In this document: positions 24,379 to 34,582 of the stretch, in pieces
How the letters are laid out: each line of letters opens with the position of its first letter
Numbering within the stretch: the first letter of the stretch is position 1
Assembly: GCA_964400405.1 (NCBI GenBank)
Contig: CAYNUO010000007.1
Span: 1-54,873 of the forward strand
Source: an uncultured Bifidobacteriaceae bacterium
GTDB taxonomy: Bacteria; Acidobacteriota; Vicinamibacteria; Vicinamibacterales; UBA2999
Length of the DNA: 54,873 nucleotides
Direction: 5' to 3'
Notes under the pieces: generated by a model
What the model saw: the letters and a program-made list of their open reading frames with translations, nothing else
Told to the model about the DNA's origin: nothing
Databases searched by the model: none
Program-made: the position numbers and the translations under genes

Positions 24379-25203
24379 TCAGCGGCGCGAGGCCTTCAGT
24401 TCTTTCAGGATGCCCTCGAGCGTTTCGATCAGTTCGGTCTTGTCGACCCGGCTCTTCTTGAACGTCATCTTCAGGCTGAAGGCCTTGGTCGACGGCTTGA
24501 AGTTGAACGTGAAGGCCTTCGGGCGGGCCTTCGCGGCGTCCTCGGTTTCAGCCCGGACCTTCGCGCGGGTCACGCCGCCGCCTTCGGCGAGCTTGCGCAC
24601 CAGCGCCAGCATCTTCTCCGGGTCACCCTGCCGGACGATCTGCAGCAGCGTCGACTTGGAGGTAATGTCGGCCAGCCGACATAGGCTCCGGACCTCCTCC
24701 GGCATCTGGTTCAGCGCCAGGATCTCCGTCACCGCGGTTCGCGATTTCCCGAGCTTCCGGGCCATGTCTTCGTGCGTGTAACGGCACCGGTCGGCCAGCT
24801 GCACGAGCGCCTCGGCCTCTTCAAACGGCGTCAGGTCCTTGCGCTGAAGGTTCTCGATGAGCGCGAGCTCAAGCACCTCGAGCTCGTCCACGTCCTTGAC
24901 GATGGCCGGCACCTCGGTCAGGCCCGACTGGACGGCCGCATGGTAGCGGCGCTCGCCGGCGATGATCTGGAACCGTGCCCCCTGAGGCCGGACGATCAGT
25001 GGCTCGATGATCCCCTTCTCGCTGACGGAGGCAATCAGCTCCGACAGGTCACCCATCTGCTGACGGGGCTGGTTCGGGTTCGGGTCGATCAGGTCCAGGG
25101 ACAACATGCGGCCGATCGGCGCGCCGCTCGACGCCACGAGCGCGTCGACGTAGTGCTGGTCGTGCCGCATGTGGACGGTGTCAGGGAGTCCGCGCTTCGC
25201 CAC
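24379..25203 (-). CDS. parB: Chromosome partitioning protein ParB/Spo0J
   Basis: ParB box IIAGERRYHAA, an HTH region and a C-terminal dimerisation segment. Overlaps the parA end by 23 nt. Confidence 0.93.
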   Translation of the reverse strand: MAKRGLPDTVHMRHDQHYVDALVASSGAPIGRMLSLDLIDPNPNQPRQQMGDLSELIASVSEKGIIEPLIVRPQGARFQIIAGERRYHAAVQSGLTEVPAIVKDVDELEVLELALIENLQRKDLTPFEEAEALVQLADRCRYTHEDMARKLGKSRTAVTEILALNQMPEEVRSLCRLADITSKSTLLQIVRQGDPEKMLALVRKLAEGGGVTRAKVRAETEDAAKARPKAFTFNFKPSTKAFSLKMTFKKSRVDKTELIETLEGILKELKASRR

Positions 25204-25951
25204 GTTCGATCACCTCCTCGCACAGACTGTAATAGTCGGTCGCGCCGACCGAGTCCGGTGCGAAAGTGAAGATGGATTCCTTGTAGGCGGGGCTCTCCTC
25301 GAGCCGCACGCTCTTGCTGATGACGGTCTTGAATACCTTGTTGCCGAAGACCTTCTGAATCTGCTTCCGGATGTCCCGGCCAAGCGCCGTGCGCTTGTCG
25401 TGCATCGTGATCACGACGCCCAGGATCCGGAGGTCCGGGTTGGGCCGCTGCCGCACTTTCTCCACCGTCTCCAGCAGGTCGTCGGTGCCCTCGAGCGCGA
25501 AGTAGGAGGACTGGATGGGCACCAGCAGATGCGTCGCCGCGACGAGCGCGTTGACGGTCAGCAGGCCAAGCGCCGGCGGGCAGTCGATCACGATGTGCGC
25601 GAACTCGTTGCCGAGCTGCTGGATCTTGTCCTTCAGCCGGAAGTGCGCGTCGAGTTCGCCGACCAGGCGCGACTCGAGTTTAGCGAGGGCGATGCGGGCC
25701 GGAGCGACCCAGAGGTTTGCCAGCGTGGCCGGGTGAATGATCGAACGGAGCGGGACGGCCGGGTCGACGATGGCGTCGTAGGTGCTGGCCTCCACGGTGC
25801 GGAGGTCGAGGAAGGAGATGCTGCTGTTGGCCTGCGGGTCCAGGTCGATCAGCAGCGTCGGGCTGCCGCGCATGGCGAGCGCGGCGGCCAGGTTGACGGC
25901 GGTGGTGGTCTTACCCACTCCGCCCTTCTGGTTGGCGATGGCGACGATCAT
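25181..25951 (-). CDS. parA: Chromosome partitioning ATPase ParA/Soj
   Basis: Deviant Walker A IANQKGGVGKTTTAVNLA. 256 aa, immediately upstream of parB. Confidence 0.95.
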   Translation of the reverse strand: MIVAIANQKGGVGKTTTAVNLAAALAMRGSPTLLIDLDPQANSSISFLDLRTVEASTYDAIVDPAVPLRSIIHPATLANLWVAPARIALAKLESRLVGELDAHFRLKDKIQQLGNEFAHIVIDCPPALGLLTVNALVAATHLLVPIQSSYFALEGTDDLLETVEKVRQRPNPDLRILGVVITMHDKRTALGRDIRKQIQKVFGNKVFKTVISKSVRLEESPAYKESIFTFAPDSVGATDYYSLCEEVIERGEARTP

Positions 25952-25997
25952 GGGGCGTGGGGAAACGGAAACGCAGCGGACGAGGGCAGTCTACGGC

Positions 25998-26017
25998 ATT
26001 GTCGGCCGGCCGACAAT
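25998..26017. repeat. Perfect 20-nt palindrome between the bifunctional-nuclease gene end and the parA start
   Basis: attgtcggccggccgacaat is exactly self-complementary. It lies 14 nt beyond the stop of the upstream minus-strand gene and 47 nt upstream of parA. Confidence 0.7.
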
Positions 26018-26030
26018 TCTCATCTCCGAC

Positions 26031-26516
26031 TTACATCTTGTACTTGCCCATCGTCTCCGGGTCCATGTCGTCGAGCCAGGCGTGCAGCCGCTCCGGGTCG
26101 GCCTGCTCCGCGGTCATGTCGGACGTCCGCGCGTGTTCGAAGACCGCGTCCTCGACCAGGATCGGCGCCCGGGTCCGCAGCGCGAGGGCAATCGCGTCAC
26201 TCGGCCTGGCGTCGATCGCGAGGCGCTCGCCGTGCCGCGTGATGTGGATGATCGCGTAGAACGTGTGCTCGCGGAGGTCGCTGACGACGACGCGGTCCAC
26301 CGTGCCATCCATGTCAGCGATGATGTTGCGCAGCAGGTCGTGCGTCATGGGACGCGAGGTCGCGATGTTCTCGATCTGCAGGGCGATGGCGTTGGCCTCG
26401 ACGACGCCCACCCAGATCGGCAGAACGCGTTCGGCGTCCCGCTCCTTCAGGATGACGATGGGCGTGCTCGTGACCGGGTCGACCATCAGACCCTTGATCG
26501 TCATCTCTACCTGCAT
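26031..26516 (-). CDS. Bifunctional nuclease family protein (DUF151/BFN)
   Basis: MVDPVTSTPIVILKERDAERVLPIWVGVVEANAIALQIENIATSRPMTHDLL is the characteristic BFN N-terminal core. Confidence 0.85.
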   Translation of the reverse strand: MQVEMTIKGLMVDPVTSTPIVILKERDAERVLPIWVGVVEANAIALQIENIATSRPMTHDLLRNIIADMDGTVDRVVVSDLREHTFYAIIHITRHGERLAIDARPSDAIALALRTRAPILVEDAVFEHARTSDMTAEQADPERLHAWLDDMDPETMGKYKM

Positions 26517-26532
26517 CGTGCCCTTCCCTTCC

Positions 26533-27861
26533 CTACACGGCGGGCCGCCCCCAGACGCTGTTGGGACCCGCGCGCTCGATCGTGACCGGCAGCGTCCGGC
26601 CGATCCATGACGGCTCGCCCGGACAGTTGACCACAGTGTTGCCGGACGTCCGGCCCGAGACCTCGTGGTCCCGCCGCCGGGAGACGGCGTCGACCAGGAC
26701 CTCGAAGGTCCGGCCCACCATCGCGTCGTGCAGCCCCTGCTGGATGTTCCGCTGCTGCTCCTGCAGCGTGACTATCCGTAGGGTCTTTTCGGCTGCAGGG
26801 ACGTCATCCTGTAGTCGCTTCTCCGCCAGCGTATTCGGCCTTGGCGAGTACTTGAACGAATAGATGGCGTGGAACCCGACGGTCCGCGCCAGGCTGAGGG
26901 TGTCTTCGAAGTCGGCCGCCGTCTCCCCCGGGAAGCCGACGATGACGTCCGTGGACAACTGGATGCCGGGCACCGCCTCACGGACGCGGTCGACCAGGCG
27001 CAGATAGTCGTCGCGCGTGTGCCGCCGCCGCATCGCCGCGAGGATGGCCGTGGACCCGGACTGCACGGGCAGGTGGAGGTGCTTGCAGACCCGGGGCAGG
27101 TCACGGATGGCGGCGATGATCCGCTCGCTGGTATGCCGGGGGTGCGGGCTGGAGAAGCGGATGCGCCGGATGCCGGGGATCGCGTCGACCTTCTCGAGCA
27201 GTGCGGCGAAGTCGATCGCGGGGTCGTCCGGGTCCTGGTAGTGATTCACGATCTGTCCGAGGAGCTGGACTTCGGGCCGCCCGCTGGCGACGGCCTCGGC
27301 CGCCTCCGCCACGATGTCCGCGGCCCGGCGCATGCGCTCCTTGCCGCGCGTACCCGGGACGACGCAGAACGCGCAGTGGTCGTTGCAGCCTTCGATGATC
27401 GTGACGTACGCGTGGACGCGGTCCTGCCGCCGGGCGACGCCGAGTGGAAAGGAGACGTCGTCCATCGGGGCGACGTCGACGACCGCGAACGGGTCCCTGC
27501 GGGCCTGCTCGACGAGCATCGGCAGCAACCGCTGGCGCTGCGTGCCCACGATCACATCGATCAGGCCGCCGTGCGTGCCTTTCAACAGGGCGTTGCCTTC
27601 CTGCTGCGCCACGCACCCGGCCACGGCAACTGTCGGCCGGCGGCCCGTCTCCCGCCCGAGGACGTTGATCTCGCCCAGACGGGTGTAGAGCTTGTCCTCT
27701 GCGTGCTCCCGGACGCTGCACGTGTTGACCACGATCAGATCCGCGTCCGCATCCGACGCGGCGGGCTCGTAGCCGGCCTGCTCCAGGAGGCCGGCCATCC
27801 GCTCTGAGTCGTGGACGTTCATCTGGCAGCCGTAGGTTTCGATGAAATAGCGCGGCGGCAT
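26533..27861 (-). CDS. miaB: tRNA-2-methylthio-N6-dimethylallyladenosine synthase
   Basis: 442 aa starting MPPRYFIETYGCQMNVHDSE (UPF0004 domain). Radical-SAM CNDHCAFC and a C-terminal TRAM domain. ATG confirmed at 27859-27861. The 855-aa track ORF is an extension into recN. Confidence 0.93.
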   Translation of the reverse strand: MPPRYFIETYGCQMNVHDSERMAGLLEQAGYEPAASDADADLIVVNTCSVREHAEDKLYTRLGEINVLGRETGRRPTVAVAGCVAQQEGNALLKGTHGGLIDVIVGTQRQRLLPMLVEQARRDPFAVVDVAPMDDVSFPLGVARRQDRVHAYVTIIEGCNDHCAFCVVPGTRGKERMRRAADIVAEAAEAVASGRPEVQLLGQIVNHYQDPDDPAIDFAALLEKVDAIPGIRRIRFSSPHPRHTSERIIAAIRDLPRVCKHLHLPVQSGSTAILAAMRRRHTRDDYLRLVDRVREAVPGIQLSTDVIVGFPGETAADFEDTLSLARTVGFHAIYSFKYSPRPNTLAEKRLQDDVPAAEKTLRIVTLQEQQRNIQQGLHDAMVGRTFEVLVDAVSRRRDHEVSGRTSGNTVVNCPGEPSWIGRTLPVTIERAGPNSVWGRPAV

Positions 27862-29537
27862 CAGTGTTTCGCTTTCGCCCTGTGTTTGCTTTCGCCTGTT
27901 CGGCGCGCGGACGCGCGGGCGGCGTCGATGAGCTGGCCTGCGGCGTCGAGCGCCGCGGGCGTGACGGCCGAACCCGCCAGCATGCGGGCGATCTCGTCGC
28001 GCTGCCCGCTCGCGTCCAGGTGGTCGACACGCGTCAGTGTCCGGCCCCCGGCGGTCTCCTTCCGGACACGGATCTGCCGCGTCGCGTAAGCGGCGATCTG
28101 GGGGACGTGCGTGATGGCGACGACCTGGAACCGGGCCGCGAGCCGCTGCAGACACTGCCCCACCACGTCCGCCGTCCGGCCCCCGAGGCCGGCATCGACC
28201 TCGTCGAAGATGAGCGTGCGCCCTTCGGCGTCGGCGGCCGACAGCGTGCGGAGCGCGAGCACGGCGCGCGAGAGTTCGCCGCCGGAGATCACGCGGGCGA
28301 GGGGACGCGGGCTCTCGCCAAGGTTGGCCGACAGATACAGCTCGACGCGGTCCGTGCCGCGCTCGCCCCACTCGTCCTCGTCCAGCGGGCGGTCGCCGAA
28401 GCGCACCTCCACGCGGGCGTGCTCCATCGCCAGCTGGTGCAGCAGCGTTTCGAACTCGCTCGCGAACCGGGGTGCGGCGTCCGTCCGTGCGCGGGAGAGC
28501 CGTCCGGCCGCCGTGAGATAGTCCTTGCGGGCGGCCGCACACGCGGACTGGAGCGCATCGACGCCGTCGTCCGGGCTCGTCAGCAGCCGATGCTCGACCC
28601 GGTGCCGCTCGGCAAGGGCGATGACGTCGTCGAGAGACGGGCCGTACTTCCTGACCAGCCGCTCGAGCCCGGCCAGCCGCGACTCCACGCCTTCGAGTTC
28701 GGCGGCCGCCTCCTCCATCCGGTCGGCGCTGTCGCGCAGGGCCTCCGCCATGTCTTCGAGCTGTCCCTTGATGGCGGTACGGCTCTCGGCGTACGGCAGA
28801 AAGGCGGGGTCGATCTCGGCCAGTTCCGCCACGCGCTTCCACACGCCGGCGAGGACCGACATCGCCGAATCGTCCTGGCCATAGAGAGCCTGATACGCCT
28901 CGCGGCACAGCCGCTCGATGCGCTCCGCGTGGACGAGAACGGCGCGACGCGACGCCAGTTCCTCGATCTCGCCGGCCCGCGGCTGGAGCGCGTCGATCTC
29001 GCGCAGTTCCTCCGCCATCCTCGCGACGCGGCGCTCGCGTTCGGAGGCGTCCATCTGCGAGTGCGCCAGGCGGGCGCGGGCATCGCGGAAGGTCGTCCAC
29101 GCCGTGGCGACGGCGGCCAGTTCGCGCAGCGGCCGTGCGAACGCATCGAGGACACCGAGATGTGACGCGGGATCGAGCAGCGCGAGATGCGCGTGCTGGC
29201 CGTGGATCTCGACCAGCGCCGGCGCGCGCTCACGCAGCACCGCGCTGGAGACGGCCGCGCCATTGACGAACGCACGGTTGCGCCCGGTCGCGGTGATCTC
29301 CCGGGCGAGCGTCAACGGGCTTCCGTCGTGGTCGAAGGTTGCGGATACCGTCGCGGTCGCCTCGCCCGTCCGGATGAGGTCGGACGACGCGCGGCCTCCC
29401 AGTACCAGCTCCAGCGCGTCCAGAAGGATGGATTTGCCCACCCCGGTCTCGCCGCTGAGGACGGTCAACCCGGGGCCCAACTCGACATCCGCTGAGGCCA
29501 CGACGGCCAGGTTCCGGATGGAAATAGATCGGAGCAT
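27861..29537 (-). CDS. recN: DNA repair protein RecN
   Basis: MLRSISIRNLAVV..., Walker A SGETGVGKS, a long coiled coil, and a C-terminal signature ISGGELSR followed by LIFDEVDAGLGG. Confidence 0.95.
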   Translation of the reverse strand: MLRSISIRNLAVVASADVELGPGLTVLSGETGVGKSILLDALELVLGGRASSDLIRTGEATATVSATFDHDGSPLTLAREITATGRNRAFVNGAAVSSAVLRERAPALVEIHGQHAHLALLDPASHLGVLDAFARPLRELAAVATAWTTFRDARARLAHSQMDASERERRVARMAEELREIDALQPRAGEIEELASRRAVLVHAERIERLCREAYQALYGQDDSAMSVLAGVWKRVAELAEIDPAFLPYAESRTAIKGQLEDMAEALRDSADRMEEAAAELEGVESRLAGLERLVRKYGPSLDDVIALAERHRVEHRLLTSPDDGVDALQSACAAARKDYLTAAGRLSRARTDAAPRFASEFETLLHQLAMEHARVEVRFGDRPLDEDEWGERGTDRVELYLSANLGESPRPLARVISGGELSRAVLALRTLSAADAEGRTLIFDEVDAGLGGRTADVVGQCLQRLAARFQVVAITHVPQIAAYATRQIRVRKETAGGRTLTRVDHLDASGQRDEIARMLAGSAVTPAALDAAGQLIDAARASARRTGESKHRAKAKH

Positions 29538-29566
29538 GTGGCCGGAACTCCCATCGTATCATATAT

Positions 29567-29595
29567 TTGACAGGATATTGACCCCGTGGTAGTCT
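29567..29595 (+). promoter_or_regulatory. Candidate sigma-70 promoter for the tol-pal operon
   Basis: TTGACA (29567-29572), a 17-nt spacer, then TAGTCT (29590-29595), inside the only AT-rich patch of the recN/tolQ divergent region. Prediction only. Confidence 0.35.
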
Positions 29596-29644
29596 GCACA
29601 CGGTTGCGCTGTCCCAGCGGCGCCCTATCCCCCAATCGGAGGTC

Positions 29645-30382
29645 GTGGTGTTCACCTGTGGCAGCTGCATGCTGGCACTCCAGATGCCGGATGTAGCCCC
29701 TGAGGCTGGGACGGATCTGATCGGCATCGTGACGCGGAGCACGCCCATCAACCAGGCGGTGCTCGCCATCCTCGTCGCGTTCTCCATCGCGTCCTGGGCC
29801 GTCATCCTTATCAAATACCTGTCGTTCCGCACGGCGTCGCGCCAGTCGGACGCGTTCATCGGCGCCTTCCGCAAAGGGGGCTTCGCAGAGGCGCAGGGCG
29901 CGTGCGATGCCTCGAAGGCCTCTCCCCTCGTCGGACTGTTTCAGGCCGGCTATGCGGAGATGTCGGCGCAGTTCCGGTTGACCTCCGCCGCCGCGGCTCC
30001 CGGAGCCAGGCCCCAGCTCAAGAGCCTCGAAGCCGTGGACCGGGCGCTCCTTCGCGCGGCCGCGTCGGAGATCAGCCGCCTCGAACGGAAGCTCACGTTT
30101 CTGGCGACGACCGCCAGCGTGACGCCCTTCGTCGGCCTGTTCGGCACCGTCGTCGGCATCATGATCGCGTTCCAGCGCATCGGAACCACCGGCTCCACGA
30201 ACCTCGCCGTCGTCGGCCCGGGCATCAGTGAAGCGCTCGTCGCGACCGCGATGGGCCTCTTCGCCGCGATTCCGGCCGTGCTCGCCTACAACCAGCTCAC
30301 GCACCGGGTGAAGGAATTCTCGGCGGCGATGGACGACTTCGCGATGGAGTTTCTGAACATCGTGGAGCGGAACTTCACCTAG
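29645..30382 (+). CDS. tolQ: Tol-Pal system protein TolQ (MotA/ExbB proton channel family)
   Basis: LAILVAFSIASWAVILIKYL and TASVTPFVGLFGTVVGIMIAFQ motifs. The start is uncertain (GTG 29645/29648 after GGAGG 29638-29642, or ATG 29669/29684). Confidence 0.9.
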   Translation: MVFTCGSCMLALQMPDVAPEAGTDLIGIVTRSTPINQAVLAILVAFSIASWAVILIKYLSFRTASRQSDAFIGAFRKGGFAEAQGACDASKASPLVGLFQAGYAEMSAQFRLTSAAAAPGARPQLKSLEAVDRALLRAAASEISRLERKLTFLATTASVTPFVGLFGTVVGIMIAFQRIGTTGSTNLAVVGPGISEALVATAMGLFAAIPAVLAYNQLTHRVKEFSAAMDDFAMEFLNIVERNFT

Positions 30383-30392
30383 GCCTCCATCC

Positions 30393-30848
30393 ATGCCGAA
30401 GGTGCTGTCGGGCGGGTCCGGAAGCGGCCGTGGCCGCGGGCGGCGCGTGGCGCCGACCCTCGCCGAGATCAACGTCGTCCCTCTCGTCGACGTGATGCTG
30501 GTGCTGCTCATCATCTTCATGGTCGCCGCGCCGATGCTGCAGCGTGGCATCGACGTGAAGCTGCCGATTGCGAGCCGGTCGCAGGAGATCGCCAGCGAGC
30601 GGCTGTTCGTCTCCGTGCCGATCTCCTACCAGAAGGACAAGCGCGTCTACATCGGCGAGGACGCCGTTCCGCAGGCCGTCCTTGGCGAGCGCGTGCGGCA
30701 ACTGCTCGTGAACCGCTCTGACCGCCAGGTCTTCCTCCGCGGCGACGGCGGCATTCGCTACGACGAGTTCATGTCCATCGTCGACATCCTCAAACGCGCG
30801 GGCGTCGAGAACGTCGGGCTCGTCACGGCCCTCCCGGGCGAACGGTGA
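30393..30848 (+). CDS. tolR: Tol-Pal system protein TolR (ExbD family)
   Basis: LAEINVVPLVDVMLVLLIIFMV TM with the conserved Asp. ExbD-fold C-terminus. Confidence 0.9.
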   Translation: MPKVLSGGSGSGRGRGRRVAPTLAEINVVPLVDVMLVLLIIFMVAAPMLQRGIDVKLPIASRSQEIASERLFVSVPISYQKDKRVYIGEDAVPQAVLGERVRQLLVNRSDRQVFLRGDGGIRYDEFMSIVDILKRAGVENVGLVTALPGER

Positions 30849-30873
30849 TGCGGTTCCTGCCCCTTCGCCGCGG

Positions 30874-31668
30874 ATGCACGACCACATGACCGCCACCGAC
30901 GCCGTGACCGGAGTCATCGCGGCCCGGCATGTGTCCGGCGAACGCTGGGCGCCGGTCGTCGGCTTCTCCATCGCGCTGCACGCGCTCCTCGTCGCGGTCG
31001 TGGTGCTGGTGCCGATGGGCGACCAGGCCGACGACGTGCCGAAGACCGTGATGACGATCAGCCTCGGCGGCACGGCCGGTCCCCGCACCGGGGGCATGAC
31101 ACCGATGGGCGGCAAGGAAGTGCAGACCGTCCGGCCGCCCGAAGAGAAGCCGCGCGCCGAAGCGCCACCGGCCGCGAAGCCCCCGGAGATGACGCTGCCG
31201 GCGAAGACGCAGACCGTTCGGCCGAAGCGCGAGGTGCCGAAGCAGGCGGCGCAGGACGCCACCGGCCGGCAGTTGGCGGCCGGAGAGGAAGTCCAGGCGG
31301 GTTCCGCGCGGGCCCAGACCGGTGCGCGCGGGCAGGGGTTCGGCCTGACGGGCGGCGGCGGTTCGGGCACGGGGGCCTATCTGGATGTGGGAGACTTCTG
31401 TTGTCCGGAGTATCTCGAAACAGTGATGCAGGTCATCCAGCGCAACTGGGTCGCGAAACAAGGTCTCAACGGACAGACGCTGATGAAGTTCACCGTCCTG
31501 CGCACGGGGCAGGTCACCAGCGTCCAGGTTGAACGTCCCAGCGGGTTCGCCGCACTCGACATGGCCGCCCAGCGGGCGCTGCTGCTGACGGCGCGCGTGC
31601 CGCCGCTGCCAGCGGCGTTCTCCAATCCCGATCTCACGATCCATCTGCGTTTCGACTATCAACGGTGA
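30874..31668 (+). CDS. TolA-like / TonB-C-terminal-domain energy transducer
   Basis: N-terminal TM, a Pro/Lys/Ala-rich linker (PPEEKPRAEAPPAAKPPE), and a TonB_C-type end RNWVAKQGLNGQTLMKFTVLRTGQVTSVQVERPSGFAALDMAA. Its position between tolR and tolB argues for the TolA role. Confidence 0.8.
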   Translation: MHDHMTATDAVTGVIAARHVSGERWAPVVGFSIALHALLVAVVVLVPMGDQADDVPKTVMTISLGGTAGPRTGGMTPMGGKEVQTVRPPEEKPRAEAPPAAKPPEMTLPAKTQTVRPKREVPKQAAQDATGRQLAAGEEVQAGSARAQTGARGQGFGLTGGGGSGTGAYLDVGDFCCPEYLETVMQVIQRNWVAKQGLNGQTLMKFTVLRTGQVTSVQVERPSGFAALDMAAQRALLLTARVPPLPAAFSNPDLTIHLRFDYQR

Positions 31669-33035
31669 TGACGATGCCCGCTCGCTGGTCCGCTCTCGTG
31701 GCCGCTCTCGCCCTGCTGTGGGCGTCTCCGTCGGCCTTTCAGACGCCCCAGTCTCCGGCGCAGCGTGCGCAGCCCTCGGAGATCGAACTCGCCATCGCCG
31801 GTGACAGCGGCACGCCACCGCGGTTCGCCGTACCGGCCTTCATCGCCGGCGCCCCGGATGCGGCCGACGCCGCGAAGGTGCTGACCGACGTGCTCTGGAA
31901 CGACCTCGCCTTCGAGCGGGAGTTCTATCTGATTCCGCGCGACACCTACGCGTCGATTCCAGTTGCGCGCACCGCCGATCAGCTGCCCTTCGCGGCCTGG
32001 CGGGAACTCGGCGCCGACGGCGTGATCTTCGGCAGCGTGCAGAAGACCGGGGCGAATCTGCGCATCGAGGTACGACTCTTCAATATCCGCACGCGGCAGT
32101 CCGTGTTCGCGCGCGAGTATGCCGGACCGGCCACCAACCCGCGCGGCCTGGCCCACGCCGCAGCGGATGAACTGCACCAGGCACAACGGGCGCTCCGCGG
32201 CGTGGCGCGCACGCGCATCGCGTTCACGTCGGACCGCAACCGCGAGAAGGTCGCCGGCACGACCGAGAACCGGGACGTCAAGGAGATCTACTTCGCGGAC
32301 TACGACGGTTTCAGCCCGCGACGCATCACGGTGGATCGACAGCTGAACATCACGCCGGTGTGGGCGCCGGACGGTCGCGCCATTGCCTATACGTCGTACC
32401 GGCGCGGCTTCCCGGACATCTACATCATCCGGCCCTTCGAGGGGACGTCGTCGAACCCGACGGGTGGCAAGGGCAGCAGCTTCCTGCCGTCGTATTCTCC
32501 GGACGGCAAGCGACTGGCCTTCATGTCCAGCCGGGACGGCAACCCGGAGATCTACGTGATCAACGTGGACGGCTCGGGCCTGCGGCGGCTGACGAACCAC
32601 GCGGCGAGCGACGTCACGCCGACCTGGTCACCGACCGGGACCGAGATCGCGTTCACGTCGGATCGCACCGGCACGCCGCAGATCTACATCACGAGTGCCG
32701 AAGGGACCGGCGGCGCCCGCCGGATTTCGCTGAACGAATCGTACGCGGATCGTCCCACCTGGTCGCCTCCCCCGTTCAACGAAATCGCGTTCAGCGCGCG
32801 GACCGGACCGGGCTTCGACATCAAGGTCTACGACGTCGCGGGCGGCCAGACGCGCCAGATCACGTTCGGCGAGGGCACGAACGAGAGTCCGGCGTTCGCG
32901 CCGAACGGCCGCCATCTTGCTTTTACGTCGACCCGGGCCGGCAACGTCCAGGTCTTCACGATCGCGCGTGATGGCAAGGACGTCCGCCAGATCACGCGGG
33001 AAGGCAACAACTACACGCCGAGCTGGTCGAATTGA
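31665..33035 (+). CDS. tolB: Tol-Pal system beta-propeller protein TolB
   Basis: Signal peptide. Repeated [10 protein letters not shown] / [10 protein letters not shown] / [10 protein letters not shown] / [10 protein letters not shown] blades. Confidence 0.93.
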   Translation: MMTMPARWSALVAALALLWASPSAFQTPQSPAQRAQPSEIELAIAGDSGTPPRFAVPAFIAGAPDAADAAKVLTDVLWNDLAFEREFYLIPRDTYASIPVARTADQLPFAAWRELGADGVIFGSVQKTGANLRIEVRLFNIRTRQSVFAREYAGPATNPRGLAHAAADELHQAQRALRGVARTRIAFTSDRNREKVAGTTENRDVKEIYFADYDGFSPRRITVDRQLNITPVWAPDGRAIAYTSYRRGFPDIYIIRPFEGTSSNPTGGKGSSFLPSYSPDGKRLAFMSSRDGNPEIYVINVDGSGLRRLTNHAASDVTPTWSPTGTEIAFTSDRTGTPQIYITSAEGTGGARRISLNESYADRPTWSPPPFNEIAFSARTGPGFDIKVYDVAGGQTRQITFGEGTNESPAFAPNGRHLAFTSTRAGNVQVFTIARDGKDVRQITREGNNYTPSWSN

Positions 33036-33097
33036 TCGCCCGTGAGCGCGTAGACTGGTGGGGCCGCGGCCCACGCCGCAGAGGAGCAGCAGGGCGC

Positions 33098-33694
33098 ATG
33101 CAGAACTTCACGAATTCATTCCGGACACTGGCCGGCTCCCTCGCGGTGGCCGCCGCGGTGACGCTGGCGGCGTGCGCAGCAAAAAAGGCACCTGAGGCCC
33201 CGCAGCCAGTGCCGACGCAGCCCGACGTGGCGGCGTCCGCGCCACCGGCCGCCCCCGCGCCGAGACCGCAGCCCGCGCGCGAGCCGTTGCCGGTGCCGCC
33301 GCAACCGGTGACGGATGACCGCGTGTCGTCGAAGTCGCTCGACGACCTGAACCGGGACTCCCCGCTCAAACCCATCTTCTTCGGCTACGACAGCGCTGAA
33401 CTGGACGAGGCGAGCCAGAAGATCGCCCAGACCAACGCCGGCGTGCTGCGCGCCAACGCCACATGGGTCGTCACGGTCGAAGGGCACAGCGATGAGCGCG
33501 GCACGGCCGAGTACAACCTCGCGCTGGGCGAGCGCCGCGCCGCCTCCGTCAAGGACTACCTGGTGTCGCTCGGCATTTCCGCCGACCGGGTGCGTGTGGT
33601 GAGCTACGGCAAAGAGTTCCCGTTTGATCCGGGGCACGACGAAGCCGCCTGGGCGAAGAACCGGCGTGGGCACTTCGTCGTGACGGCCAAGTGA
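33098..33694 (+). CDS. pal: Peptidoglycan-associated lipoprotein Pal (OmpA family)
   Basis: [26 protein letters not shown] lipobox. OmpA-like [34 protein letters not shown] 33098 chosen over the track start 33032. Confidence 0.92.
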   Translation: MQNFTNSFRTLAGSLAVAAAVTLAACAAKKAPEAPQPVPTQPDVAASAPPAAPAPRPQPAREPLPVPPQPVTDDRVSSKSLDDLNRDSPLKPIFFGYDSAELDEASQKIAQTNAGVLRANATWVVTVEGHSDERGTAEYNLALGERRAASVKDYLVSLGISADRVRVVSYGKEFPFDPGHDEAAWAKNRRGHFVVTAK

Positions 33695-34560
33695 CGCCGA
33701 TGCGTGCGCGTGCCGTCGCTGTCGCAGTCACGCTCTCGATGCTCGCGGCCGGTCGCGCGTCCGCCGCGGACCGTGAGCACCAGCAGATCGTCGCCGACAT
33801 CCGCATGCTGCAGGAACAGACGCAGCAGATTGCGCTGGCCATCGCGTCGCTGGCCGACGCGCTGAAGGCCGCCACGGCGCAGCTCGAGCGGAGGCTCGAC
33901 CAGCAGACGGAGGCCGCGCGGAAGTCGGCCGCCGATCAGAAGATCCTGCTCGACAACATGGCGTCGGATCTCAAGGTCATCCGCGAGCGGTCAGACGAGA
34001 CGAACGTGCGCCTGTCCTCGCTCGACCAGGAGATCGAAGCCCTGCGCACGGCACTGCCGCCGCCTGGCTCATTCCTGGCACCCGTGGCCGACCCGGCGCA
34101 GCCGGCACCGGACGGCGTGCCGCCCGTCTCGGGTGCGCCGGCGCCCGTCGCGCCGCCGCCGAACGCGGCTGGCCTGTCGCCCCGGCGCATGATGGAGCAG
34201 GCCTTCGCGGACTACACGGCGGGTCAGTATGCGCTGGCCGTGCAGGGCTACGAGGCGTTCCTGCGGACCTTCCCTGCTTCCGAGCAGGCCGACGACGCGC
34301 AGTTCATGGTCGGCGAGGCGCACTTCGCCGCGAAGAAGGACGCTGACGCGGTGGCCGCGTACGGCGAAGTCATCAAGCGCTTCCCCGCCGGCAATGCCGC
34401 GCCCGACGCGTACTACAAGCGCGGGCTGGCGATGGAGCGTATGGGGAATCCTGACGGCGCCCGCGAGTCGTGGCAGCAGGCCGTCAAGCTGTTCCCGGAG
34501 TCGGATGCCGGACGCCTGGCCAAGCAGGGCCTTGACCGTCTGGCGGCACGCAAGCCCTGA
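33691..34560 (+). CDS. cpoB: Tol-Pal cell-division coordinator CpoB/YbgF
   Basis: Signal peptide, an N-terminal coiled coil ([23 protein letters not shown]...), and C-terminal TPR repeats ([33 protein letters not shown]). Confidence 0.88.
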   Translation: MTPMRARAVAVAVTLSMLAAGRASAADREHQQIVADIRMLQEQTQQIALAIASLADALKAATAQLERRLDQQTEAARKSAADQKILLDNMASDLKVIRERSDETNVRLSSLDQEIEALRTALPPPGSFLAPVADPAQPAPDGVPPVSGAPAPVAPPPNAAGLSPRRMMEQAFADYTAGQYALAVQGYEAFLRTFPASEQADDAQFMVGEAHFAAKKDADAVAAYGEVIKRFPAGNAAPDAYYKRGLAMERMGNPDGARESWQQAVKLFPESDAGRLAKQGLDRLAARKP

Positions 34561-34582
34561 GCGAGCGGAAAGGATCAGAACC

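Noticed and set aside
29673-29687. Near-consensus sigma-54 promoter motif TGGCAC-N5-ATGC (tggcactccagatgc) at the start of tolQ.
   Set aside because: It lies inside the TolQ reading frame, upstream of conserved N-terminal residues (DLIGIV...). A transcript starting about 12 nt downstream would lack the start codon, so it is probably a chance match.
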